A stretch of 64,000 nucleotides of DNA from an uncultured Clostridia bacterium (GCA_947630845.1 CANRJB010000004.1:40776-104775), one strand, 5' to 3'. Counted from the stretch's first letter, positions 20,622-28,548 are shown. Program-made: numbers and translations. Notes: generated by a model from the letters alone, not told the origin.

Positions 20622-20795
20622 ATGGCAGAAGTACGTGTTGGAAAGAACGAATCTCTGGATACTGCGCTCAAGCGTTTCAAGAGATCCTGCGCAAAGGATG
20701 GCGTCATTGCTGAGGTTCGTAAAAGAGAACACTACGAAAAGCCTTCGGTAAAACGTAAGAAGAAGTCCGAGGCTGCTCGTAAGCGCAAGTATTGA
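20622..20795 (+). CDS. rpsU: 30S ribosomal protein S21
   Basis: Start moved to ATG 20622 (AAGGGAGGG SD). 57 aa, [21 protein letters not shown].... Confidence 0.9.
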   Translation: MAEVRVGKNESLDTALKRFKRSCAKDGVIAEVRKREHYEKPSVKRKKKSEAARKRKY

Positions 20796-20806
20796 TAGCG
20801 TGAATG

Positions 20807-20841
20807 CAAGGGTGTACATCAGAAGTACGCCCTTGTTTTTG
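20807..20841 (+). terminator. intrinsic terminator after rpsU
   Basis: CAAGGGTGTAC / GTACGCCCTTG stem (one G-U pair), then TTTTTG. Confidence 0.8.
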
Positions 20842-20855
20842 CATGGAGGTGTTTC

Positions 20856-21353
20856 ATGTTCAGAGCGACCATAGCGGTGCGCTCCGTCTGCCTGATCTCG
20901 CCGGAAATGCTCCGGGAGATGGGAGTCAGGGGGCTGCTGCTCGATATTGACAATACCCTGACGACCCATGATAACCCTGTGCCTGCACCCGGTGTGGAGA
21001 ACTGGGTCGCACGGATGAAAGCTGCCGGCATCGCATTGCGGTTGGTGTCAAACAACCATCCGCCGAGAGTTGAGCCGTTTGCAAGACGGCTGGGCATCCC
21101 CTGCATCTGTGAGGGAAAAAAACCGCTTTCGAGCGGATTCAGACGTGCGATGGAGGACATGGCACTGCCAAAAGGAACGCTGTGTGTCGTGGGCGATCAG
21201 ATCTATACGGATATACTGGGAGCAAACTGGTTTCGGGTGAAGAGCATCTATGTACCGCCGATGGAGTTGGAGAAGACGACGTTTTTCAGATTCAAGCGGC
21301 TGATGGAGAAACCCTTTCTGCCGAAGAAATATGACGTGGAGGAATCAAGATGA
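20856..21353 (+). CDS. YqeG-family HAD-IIIA phosphatase
   Basis: LLLDIDNTL catalytic motif, VSNN, GDQIYTDI. Confidence 0.8.
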   Translation: MFRATIAVRSVCLISPEMLREMGVRGLLLDIDNTLTTHDNPVPAPGVENWVARMKAAGIALRLVSNNHPPRVEPFARRLGIPCICEGKKPLSSGFRRAMEDMALPKGTLCVVGDQIYTDILGANWFRVKSIYVPPMELEKTTFFRFKRLMEKPFLPKKYDVEESR

Positions 21354-21787
21354 GTAAGAAGATTCTGATCCTGCACGGTCCGAACCTCAATCTGCTTGGG
21401 GAACGTGAGCCGGGGATCTACGGAGATACAAGCTTTGAGTCACTCAACTGGCATCTGATGGAGTATGCCGCATCTCTTGGACTGGAGACAGAGGTGTTCC
21501 AGTCCAACCATGAGGGGGAGCTGGTGGATAAGCTGCATGAGTGCCGGAAAAGCTGCGCAGGCGTTGTCCTGAATGCAGGGGCATACACCCACTACAGCTA
21601 CGCCATTGCCGATGCCATCAAAGCCATAAAGATCCCTGTAGTAGAGGTACATATCAGCAACATCTTTGCCCGTGATGCCTTCCGTTCGCATTCAGTGATC
21701 GCACCTGTATGTGCCGGGAGCATTTCAGGATTCGGGACAATGAGCTACGACCTCGCCATCAAAGCACTTGCGGAGATGAAACAATGA
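21350..21787 (+). CDS. aroQ: type II 3-dehydroquinate dehydratase
   Basis: 145 aa, ILILHGPNLNLLGEREPGIYG signature. Confidence 0.92.
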   Translation: MSKKILILHGPNLNLLGEREPGIYGDTSFESLNWHLMEYAASLGLETEVFQSNHEGELVDKLHECRKSCAGVVLNAGAYTHYSYAIADAIKAIKIPVVEVHISNIFARDAFRSHSVIAPVCAGSISGFGTMSYDLAIKALAEMKQ

Positions 21788-22854
21788 AGGAACGAATCGA
21801 ACGGCTGATACAGCTGCTTTCCGGAAAGGCAGACTGCGCTCTTGTGACGGACGACATCAACCGCCGCTATCTGACGGGGATGAAGTCCTCTGCCGGTTTT
21901 GTACTGGTGTTTCCGGAGGAGACATATCTTATCATTGACTTCCGCTATATCGAGAGGGCAAGGGAAACCGTCAGACATTGTACAGTGATCGAACAGGATG
22001 TGCATGTGCTGAAACAGCTTGATGAGCTGATGAAAGCACACGGCGCACAGACCTGTGCGCTCGAATCCATGAGCCTGACATTGGAGCAGGCTGCGTATTT
22101 CCGGAAGTTAAAGAATGTGGAATTTCTCACGGACAATACCCTCAGTCAGGCACTCTATGACCTGCGTACTGTCAAGACACCGGCAGAGATCGAAAAGATC
22201 AGAGCCGCACAGCAGCTTGCAGAAGCAGCACTGGACAGCCTGCTCGGTCATCTGCATGCTGGTATGACAGAGCGTGAGACTGCGCTTGCATTGGAATATC
22301 ACATGAAACGGCATGGTGCGGAGGACTTGTCGTTCGACACCATTGCCCTGACCGGAGCGCATACGTCCATGCCGCATGGTGTGCCGGATGACAGGGTGAT
22401 ACAGCAGGGTGATTTTGTGCTGATGGATTTCGGGGCAGTCGTGGACGGCTATCACAGCGATATGACCCGGACGGTCTGTGTCGGGACACCGACGGAAGAA
22501 ATGCGTAATATCTATCATATTGTTCGGACGGCACAGGATGCAGCACTTGCTTTTGCCAGACCGGGTATCACAGGAAAAGCACTTGATGCCGCTGCAAGGG
22601 ATATCATCACGGATGCAGGCTATGGTGAAGCCTTCGGGCATTCTCTCGGCCATGGGGTCGGAATGGAGATCCATGAGTATCCGATTGCAAGTGCCAGCCG
22701 GGATACGCTCCTTGCGCCGGGCAATGTTGTTACCATAGAACCGGGCATTTATCTGCCGGGAAAATTCGGTGTACGTATTGAGGATTTTGTATGCATCACG
22801 GAGAATGGATGCGAAGACCTGACCTCATTGCCGAATAAGCTGATCTGCGTATGA
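21784..22854 (+). CDS. Xaa-Pro aminopeptidase (M24 family)
   Basis: Start moved to ATG 21784 (ATGA overlap with the aroQ stop). M24 metal ligands in DFGAVVDGYHSDMTR...HGVGMEIHE. Confidence 0.85.
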   Translation: MKERIERLIQLLSGKADCALVTDDINRRYLTGMKSSAGFVLVFPEETYLIIDFRYIERARETVRHCTVIEQDVHVLKQLDELMKAHGAQTCALESMSLTLEQAAYFRKLKNVEFLTDNTLSQALYDLRTVKTPAEIEKIRAAQQLAEAALDSLLGHLHAGMTERETALALEYHMKRHGAEDLSFDTIALTGAHTSMPHGVPDDRVIQQGDFVLMDFGAVVDGYHSDMTRTVCVGTPTEEMRNIYHIVRTAQDAALAFARPGITGKALDAAARDIITDAGYGEAFGHSLGHGVGMEIHEYPIASASRDTLLAPGNVVTIEPGIYLPGKFGVRIEDFVCITENGCEDLTSLPNKLICV

Positions 22855-22871
22855 AAATTTTTGTTTACACC

Positions 22872-22900
22872 TTGACAAGTGCGCAGTTTTATGGTAAAAT
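22872..22900 (+). promoter_or_regulatory. sigma-70-type promoter for efp
   Basis: TTGACA (22872-77), 17-nt spacer, TAAAAT (22895-900). Confidence 0.55.
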
Positions 22901-22970
22901 ATAATTGTATTTTTGTGTGTCCGACGGGATGCATGGATGGAAACTCAGAATTTACGGAGGTTTATTGGTT

Positions 22971-23528
22971 ATGATTACAGCAGGTGATTTCAGAAACGGT
23001 GTTACATTTGAGCTTGACGGTAACGTCGTTCAGGTCATTGAATTTCAGCATGTAAAGCCCGGAAAGGGTGCTGCGTTCGTCAGAACAAAGTTCAAGAATG
23101 TCATTACAGGATCAGTGGTGGAGCGTTCTTTCAACCCGACCGAGAAGTTCCCGACTGCATTCATTGAGCGCAAGGATATGCAGTATCTGTATGAGGATTC
23201 CGGTCTGTACTACTTTATGGATTCCGAGACTTATGAGCAGCTTCCGATCGAAAAGGAAAAGCTTGGTCCTTCATTTGCATTTGTGAAGGAGAACATGGAG
23301 GTCAAGGTGCTGTCCTATAAGGGCAATGTATTCGGCGTTGAGCCGCCGTATTTCGTAGAGCTTCAGGTCACTGCGACAGAGCCGGGTGTCAAGGGCGATA
23401 CTGCTACCAATGCCACCAAGCCTGCCACACTGGAGACTGGCGCAGAAGTGCGTGTACCGCTGTTCATCAATGAGGGCGATATGATCCGCATTGATACCAG
23501 AACAGGCGAGTACATGGAGCGTGCATAA
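22971..23528 (+). CDS. efp: elongation factor P
   Basis: Start moved to ATG 22971 (GGAGG SD). 185 aa, [40 protein letters not shown]. Confidence 0.95.
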   Translation: MITAGDFRNGVTFELDGNVVQVIEFQHVKPGKGAAFVRTKFKNVITGSVVERSFNPTEKFPTAFIERKDMQYLYEDSGLYYFMDSETYEQLPIEKEKLGPSFAFVKENMEVKVLSYKGNVFGVEPPYFVELQVTATEPGVKGDTATNATKPATLETGAEVRVPLFINEGDMIRIDTRTGEYMERA

Positions 23529-23546
23529 AACTGAGAGGGTACTATT

Positions 23547-23978
23547 ATGGATAAAATTGCATATCTGAAGGGTTTGCTTGACGGTCAGGAAATTGATCGT
23601 ACCACGAAAGAGGGCAAGGTGCTGTATGCAGTCGTTGAGGCACTTGAGGAGCTTGTGAGATACAACGGAGAGCTGGAGGATCGCATCGCAGAGCTTGAAG
23701 AACTGTGTGAGATTTTAGATGAGGATCTGGGCGATGTAGAGGAGCAGTTGCTGGACGATGATATTTACGACTGTGAGGATTGCCCCGGCGGCTGTGACGA
23801 CGACTTTGAGGACGGGGAGTACGAAACGATCTGTCCGACCTGCGGCAAGTGCATACTGCTCGATGCGGCATCGTTGGAGGAAGGCGAAACGGTTTGCCCG
23901 AACTGTGGCGAAGGGCTGGAGTTTGACTTTGATGAGCAGGAGATCGAGGCACTTGCACCGTCAGATACCGAGGACTGA
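23547..23978 (+). CDS. acidic zinc-ribbon protein of unknown function (recalls the CD1247 N-terminal-domain family)
   Basis: 143 aa, very acidic. CPTCGKC...CPNCG zinc ribbon. GAGAGGG SD, directly after efp. Confidence 0.6.
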   Translation: MDKIAYLKGLLDGQEIDRTTKEGKVLYAVVEALEELVRYNGELEDRIAELEELCEILDEDLGDVEEQLLDDDIYDCEDCPGGCDDDFEDGEYETICPTCGKCILLDAASLEEGETVCPNCGEGLEFDFDEQEIEALAPSDTED

Positions 23979-23984
23979 TACCAA

Positions 23985-24051
23985 CCTTAACGCTGCTTTC
24001 AGCAGATACATTCCGATGGGCTTTGTCTATCGGAAGGAAAAGGAACGGTAT
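23985..24051 (+). repeat. conserved 67-nt leader motif, copy C (upstream of flavin reductase-glnA)
   Basis: 84% identical to the reverse complement of 27361-27427 and about 80% to the reverse complement of 63280-63345. Confidence 0.85.
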
Positions 24052-24062
24052 GACATGTATGA

Positions 24063-24102
24063 CACAGTAGCGGAGGTTTCCGCTGCTGTGATTCTATTTT
24101 TT
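24063..24102 (+). terminator. intrinsic terminator/attenuator between motif copy C and the flavin reductase gene
   Basis: 12-bp stem CACAGTAGCGGA/TCCGCTGCTGTG (one G-U pair), loop GGTT, then ATTCTATTTTTT. Confidence 0.6.
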
Positions 24103-24151
24103 ACATATGGTTCATATATTGGGGAAGATGACGAAGAAAGGATGAGGAGAA

Positions 24152-24658
24152 ATGGCTTTCGTTGAGAAACAAGTGAGTGAGCTGCATGAGAATCCGTTCA
24201 CGCTGATCGGCAAGGAATGGTTTCTGCTGACAGCCGGAACACCGGAGCGGTTCAACACGATGACCTGCTCATGGGGAGCTATGGGCGAGATCTGGAACGC
24301 ACCTTCCGTGACGGCATATGTCCGTACCAACCGGCATACCTTCGGATTTATGGAAGAGGGCGATACCTTCACGATCAGTGTGCTTCCGGAGGAATACCGT
24401 AAGGCACTGTCTTTCTGCGGCAGTCATTCGGGACGTGACTGCGACAAGGTGAAGGAAACGGGACTGACCCCTGTCACCCTGAACGGCGTGCCTGCATTTG
24501 AAGAGGCAAGGCTTGTGTTTGTCTGTCAGAAAGTCTATTCGCAGATGATGGAAATGGACAGTTTTGTTACACCGGAAACGGCAGAACGGTTCTATGGCAG
24601 CGATCCGATGCACAAGATGTACATCGGAAAAATACTGGCAGTATACGAAAAGGCATAA
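24152..24658 (+). CDS. flavin reductase family protein
   Basis: 168 aa, flavin-reductase-like pattern NTMTCSWGAMG...FCGSHSGRDCDK. Confidence 0.75.
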   Translation: MAFVEKQVSELHENPFTLIGKEWFLLTAGTPERFNTMTCSWGAMGEIWNAPSVTAYVRTNRHTFGFMEEGDTFTISVLPEEYRKALSFCGSHSGRDCDKVKETGLTPVTLNGVPAFEEARLVFVCQKVYSQMMEMDSFVTPETAERFYGSDPMHKMYIGKILAVYEKA

Positions 24659-24670
24659 CGGAGGACGACT

Positions 24671-25957
24671 ATGGATTTTTCACCCAAAGAGGTTCTGAAT
24701 TTTGTCAAAGAGAACGATGTCAAATTCATTCGTCTGACATTCTGTGATATGCAGGGAAATCTAAAGAATATTGCCATCATGCCCAATGAGCTGCCCCGTG
24801 CCTTTTCACATGGCATTCCGCTTGATGCAGCCAATTTTTCCGACTGCTATCAGGATCTTCTGCTTGTGCCGGACATTTCGACCTTGTCTGTGCTGCCGTG
24901 GCGACCGAAGTCAGGACGTGTGGTGCGTTTTTTCTGTGCCATCAAGAATCTGGACGGCACACACTACGACGGAGAGCTGCGCTATACGCTGCAAAGCTAT
25001 ATCCGTGAGCTGTACAGTAAAGGATTTGCCTGTGAATTTGGCACGAAAAGTGAGTTTTATCTTTTTGACTGCGACAATGAGGGCAGCCCTACCAAGAAAC
25101 CCCATGACCATGCCGGCTATCTTGATGTAGCACCGTTGGACAAATGTGAGAATACACGCCGTGAGATTTGTCTGTCTTTAGAAGAAATGGGTTTCAATCC
25201 GCAGCATTCCTGCCATAAGTACGGACCGGGGCAGAATGAGATCCTGTTCAAATGTTCAGAGCCTGTGACGGCAGCGGACAATATGGTACATTACAAGACA
25301 GTCGTCAAGACCATTGCTGCACAGAATGGACTGTATGCCTCCTTCATGCCCAAACCGTTGAGCGGTACCTATGGCAGTGCGCTGACCATTGGCATCTCCC
25401 TGAAAAAGGACGGCAAAGCTATTTTTACCTGCATCGACAGAAAACTTCCTCAGGAGGGGCGACATTTCATTGCCGGCATTCTTGCACATGTGGCAGAGAT
25501 GACAGTATTCCTCAACCCTACAGTCAATTCCTACACTCGTCTGCGCCACAGCGGCGCACCAAACCAGATCAGCTGGTCCTTCGACAACAGAGGACCTCTG
25601 CTGAGGGTAGCGGCTGTAGGCGACCCGGCAAGGATCGAGATCCGCAGCTCAGACTGCTGCTGCAATCCGTATTTATCCTTCCGTCTGCTGCTTGCAGCAG
25701 GTATGGACGGCTTGGAAAATAAGATGCCGCTTTCTGATGAGCTATGCATGACAGGAGAGGACAAGACCTTCCCTGTACTTCCGGCGACACTTGATGAAGC
25801 GTATGAGGTTGCAAGAAGCAGTGCTTTTATTGATGCGAATCTTCCTCCGGTGATCCGGCGGAATTTCTATCAGAACATCGAACGGCAGCTTGCACTTTAT
25901 CATGCTGCCGATGACAAGGCAGCCTTTGAGGAACAACAATACTTCTATACAGAATAA
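24671..25957 (+). CDS. glnA: glutamine synthetase (type I family, 428 aa)
   Basis: Beta-grasp N-terminus (VKFIRLTFCDMQGNLKN), catalytic-region FMPKP motif. 12-nt gap after the flavin reductase gene. Confidence 0.85.
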   Translation: MDFSPKEVLNFVKENDVKFIRLTFCDMQGNLKNIAIMPNELPRAFSHGIPLDAANFSDCYQDLLLVPDISTLSVLPWRPKSGRVVRFFCAIKNLDGTHYDGELRYTLQSYIRELYSKGFACEFGTKSEFYLFDCDNEGSPTKKPHDHAGYLDVAPLDKCENTRREICLSLEEMGFNPQHSCHKYGPGQNEILFKCSEPVTAADNMVHYKTVVKTIAAQNGLYASFMPKPLSGTYGSALTIGISLKKDGKAIFTCIDRKLPQEGRHFIAGILAHVAEMTVFLNPTVNSYTRLRHSGAPNQISWSFDNRGPLLRVAAVGDPARIEIRSSDCCCNPYLSFRLLLAAGMDGLENKMPLSDELCMTGEDKTFPVLPATLDEAYEVARSSAFIDANLPPVIRRNFYQNIERQLALYHAADDKAAFEEQQYFYTE

Positions 25958-25974
25958 GCAGGAAGAGGTGTGAA

Positions 25975-26544
25975 ATGGACAGAGCACTGATCGTTTCCGG
26001 TTCTGACAAGGCGATGGAGACCATCGCCGGATTCCTGCATTCGTGCGGCTACACCAATCTGACCTCCACTGCAAGCGGCAGTGAGGCAAGACGGCTGCTC
26101 GACAGCATGGAATATGCACTGGTAATCATCAATGCGCCTCTTGCAGATGAATTTGGACACGAGCTTTCTGTTGCCGTTGCGGAGGGAACAAGCTCCGGTA
26201 TTATCCTGCTGTGCAAGTCGGATATTGCCGATGATGTCTCCGACAAGGTAGGAGATTATGGTGTCTGCGTGGTATCCCGTCCGATCAACCGGGCAATGCT
26301 CCATCAGTCCATTCGTCTGGTGGAGGCAACACGTTCAAGAATGCTTGGCTTGAAACGGGAAAACACCAAGCTGATGGTGAAAATTGACGAAATGCGTCTG
26401 ATCAACCGTGCAAAATGCGCTCTTATGCAATATCTTAAATTCACAGAGCCGGAGGCGCACCGCTATATTGAAAAACAGGCAATGGATACCCGTTCCACCC
26501 GGCGTGAGGTGGCGATGCGTATCCTGTCAACGTATGAATCATAA
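25975..26544 (+). CDS. ANTAR-domain antiterminator with a degenerate receiver domain
   Basis: C-terminal ANTAR (RLINRAKCALMQYLKFTEPEAHRYIEKQAMDTRSTRREVA). The receiver-like N-terminus has IVSGSD and VIIN where DD and the phospho-Asp normally sit. Confidence 0.85.
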   Translation: MDRALIVSGSDKAMETIAGFLHSCGYTNLTSTASGSEARRLLDSMEYALVIINAPLADEFGHELSVAVAEGTSSGIILLCKSDIADDVSDKVGDYGVCVVSRPINRAMLHQSIRLVEATRSRMLGLKRENTKLMVKIDEMRLINRAKCALMQYLKFTEPEAHRYIEKQAMDTRSTRREVAMRILSTYES

Positions 26545-26553
26545 AAGATGAAA

Positions 26554-26587
26554 AGGCTGCTGTGCGTGTGCATAGCAGCCTGTTTGT
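26554..26587 (+). terminator. terminator after the ANTAR gene
   Basis: AGGCTGCT/AGCAGCCT stem, then GTTTGT. Confidence 0.6.
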
Positions 26588-26619
26588 CATATTTACGCTG
26601 CAAGCGCAGCACATGTTTC

Positions 26620-26649
26620 CTGACAATCTGGTGTCTGTCAGATTGTCAG
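26620..26649. repeat. palindromic element CTGACAATCTG-N8-CAGATTGTCAG, copy 1
   Basis: Perfect 11-bp arms. The same arms recur at 44049-44084. Confidence 0.8.
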
Positions 26650-26678
26650 ACGCAGTATCAGAATGATGGAAAACATAT

Positions 26679-27326
26679 TCATTCGGTCGGGAGGGTATGA
26701 GTGATCAATTCCTCCGGTGTTTTTTCAAAGGCACGCTTCAGAAGTGCCAGTTTGTTCAGGAAAGCATTCAGGGTAGCCTGTTCATTGTCACCTGCCATGA
26801 AGATGCCGGCGGCATCCTTCAAGGCGGTTATCATGCAGATGTCAAACAGCATTGCCAATTCCTCGTCGCTGTTGACACGCAGCTTATCCTTGTTGATGTA
26901 TTCATGGAGCATGGATACATTCTGGAGACTTTCCTCGGCATAGCCGCTCTTTTCCCAGAGCATCTCAAACAGCCGCATATTGCAAAACAGGTTGTGCCGG
27001 AAAGCCCGGGAGTCTTTGTAACAGAGCATCCGGACGGCAAAGCGGTAGGTTTTCTCTACCATTTCAAAGAAGTCACCGCCATTACTCTGGAGCGTTTCTT
27101 TCATATGCCGGAACACCTGCTGCTGATATCCATGGATCAGAAATGTGTAGATATCTTCCTTGTTGCTGAAATACTGGTAGAAGCTGCCACGGGAAATGCC
27201 GCACTGCCTGATGACAGTGCCGATGGAGAAGTTTTCATAGGGAGAATTTGCAATTTCTTCCTTGATGGCTTCAATGATGCGCTCCTGTTTGGTTTCGGAT
27301 AGTCGGAAAAAAGTTTCAGATGGCAT
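26679..27326 (-). CDS. TetR/AcrR family transcriptional regulator
   Basis: Start moved to ATG 27326 (AAAGGA SD). HTH FSIGTVIRQCGISRGSFYQYFSNKEDIY. Confidence 0.85.
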   Translation of the reverse strand: MPSETFFRLSETKQERIIEAIKEEIANSPYENFSIGTVIRQCGISRGSFYQYFSNKEDIYTFLIHGYQQQVFRHMKETLQSNGGDFFEMVEKTYRFAVRMLCYKDSRAFRHNLFCNMRLFEMLWEKSGYAEESLQNVSMLHEYINKDKLRVNSDEELAMLFDICMITALKDAAGIFMAGDNEQATLNAFLNKLALLKRAFEKTPEELITHTLPTE

Positions 27327-27360
27327 TTGTAATTCCTTTCTTGGGCAAGCCCGGTATGTG

Positions 27361-27427
27361 ATACCGATCCTTTTCGTTCTGATGGACAAAGTTTATCGGA
27401 ATTTAGCTGGTGAAAGCAGTGTTAAGG
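27361..27427 (-). repeat. conserved 67-nt leader motif, copy A (5' UTR of the TetR gene)
   Basis: Its reverse complement aligns base-for-base with 23985-24051 (56/67 identical). Confidence 0.85.
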
Positions 27428-27458
27428 AGGACAGGAGATCTTCCTTGTCAAAATTTTC

Positions 27459-27496
27459 CATATCTATATTTTAACATAGATATGTCCAAATGTCAA
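27459..27496 (-). promoter_or_regulatory. TetR-gene promoter with an overlapping palindromic operator candidate
   Basis: Minus strand: TTGACA (27496-27491), 17-nt spacer, TAAAAT (27473-27468). 9-bp inverted repeat CATATCTAT-N8-ATAGATATG (27459-27484) spans the spacer and -10. Confidence 0.55.
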
Positions 27497-27607
27497 GTAA
27501 AATATGAAAAAAGTTGTTTTTTGGAAAATCTTCTGATTTTCAACAGTAAAAAATGGAGATACGGATACGTTTTTCTGTGAAAATGACAGGAAAGTCTTGT
27601 CAGATGG

Positions 27608-27636
27608 TTGACAAATGCGGAAAAATGTAGTATGAT
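27608..27636 (+). promoter_or_regulatory. sigma-70-type promoter for the AraC-family gene
   Basis: TTGACA, 17-nt spacer, TATGAT. Confidence 0.5.
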
Positions 27637-27699
27637 ATTTATAATTGTATGGGGTACACTTTACGGGAAAATCGTGTGCCGGGGAAGTGAGGGGAATGC

Positions 27700-28518
27700 A
27701 TGATCCAGACAAGGGGTGTGGAACTGGCAGCCTGCGGTCAGCAGGCACGTCCGGGTTCTTTTGTAATAGAAAACGTCAGAGAAGGGAGCTGTATTTTGCT
27801 GATGTCTGCTGTTCGTTCGATTATTAGGATGGACAACAGGCTATACTATATGCAGCCGTTTACGTTTTTGCTGCATCCTGTTGCCTTGAAGCAGTTTTGC
27901 ATGGAGACGCAGGGGACGACAGCATACCGGTATCTGCTGCTGCGCTTTTCGCAGGAATATAGCAGAGCGATGGAACAGGGCGGACTCAATATGCATGAGC
28001 CGCATACGATTGCCGATCCGTTGGCAATAGAGGGAATATGGAAAATCCTGATTTCGGAATGGGAGCAGGATTCTGCGCTTTCGCAGGAGAGTGCCGGACA
28101 TGCGCTGAAACTGCTGCTTTGTCTGCTGCGGCAGTCGTCTGACGGGACGGTGTCAAGAGCTGCGGAAGTACCGCATTATGATAAGCTGACAGCACTGCGG
28201 CATGAGATCTATCTGCATCCGGAGGAAAACTGGTTTATTCAGGACATCTGCGATGATATCGGCATCAGCCGTCCATACTTCCATAAGCTCTATCTGGCGG
28301 CATTCGGGACGACCTGCACACAGGATGTCATCGCAAGCCGCATCGCCTGTGCAAAACGTCTGTTGGAAGAGACAGACCAGCCGATCGCTGTGATATCACA
28401 GAAGTGCGGTTTTGAGACAGATATTTACTTTATGCGGCAGTTCAAACGACATGTCGGCATGACACCAACAGCCTACAGACGCATTTACAGACAGGCTGTC
28501 AGCAAAGAGAGCTTATAG
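27700..28518 (+). CDS. AraC family transcriptional regulator
   Basis: 272 aa, cupin-like N-domain, C-terminal double HTH (ICDDIGISRPYFHKLY...QKCGFETDIYFMRQFKRHVGMTPTAYR). Confidence 0.85.
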   Translation: MIQTRGVELAACGQQARPGSFVIENVREGSCILLMSAVRSIIRMDNRLYYMQPFTFLLHPVALKQFCMETQGTTAYRYLLLRFSQEYSRAMEQGGLNMHEPHTIADPLAIEGIWKILISEWEQDSALSQESAGHALKLLLCLLRQSSDGTVSRAAEVPHYDKLTALRHEIYLHPEENWFIQDICDDIGISRPYFHKLYLAAFGTTCTQDVIASRIACAKRLLEETDQPIAVISQKCGFETDIYFMRQFKRHVGMTPTAYRRIYRQAVSKESL

Positions 28519-28548
28519 AGCCCACACAGATAGAAAGAGGAGATAAGA

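Noticed and set aside
23985-24051. The 67-nt motif read as a SigD/FliA-type promoter (CTTAAC … TCCGATA resembles TAAA-N15-GCCGATAA), or as a sigma-70 promoter (TTGTCT … TATAAA).
   Set aside because: The spacing is wrong: about 20 nt between the TTAA and CCGATA blocks instead of 15, and 20 nt between TTGTCT and TATAAA. The -10-like ends are not conserved among the three copies. Copies A and B already lie downstream of good sigma-70 promoters.
23985-24110. A GlnR/TnrA box (TGTNA-N7-TNACA) or a canonical ANTAR dual-hexaloop target upstream of glnA.
   Set aside because: I could not find either pattern by eye. The GTATGACA direct repeat at 24048-24064 does not fit the TnrA spacing, and the hairpin loops are 4-5 nt rather than hexaloops.
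23758-24165. 135-aa plus-strand ORF spanning the end of the zinc-ribbon gene, the 67-nt motif and the terminator.
   Set aside because: It overlaps a better-supported CDS out of frame and runs through a strong terminator hairpin. Its start has no SD. The region is better explained as a non-coding leader.
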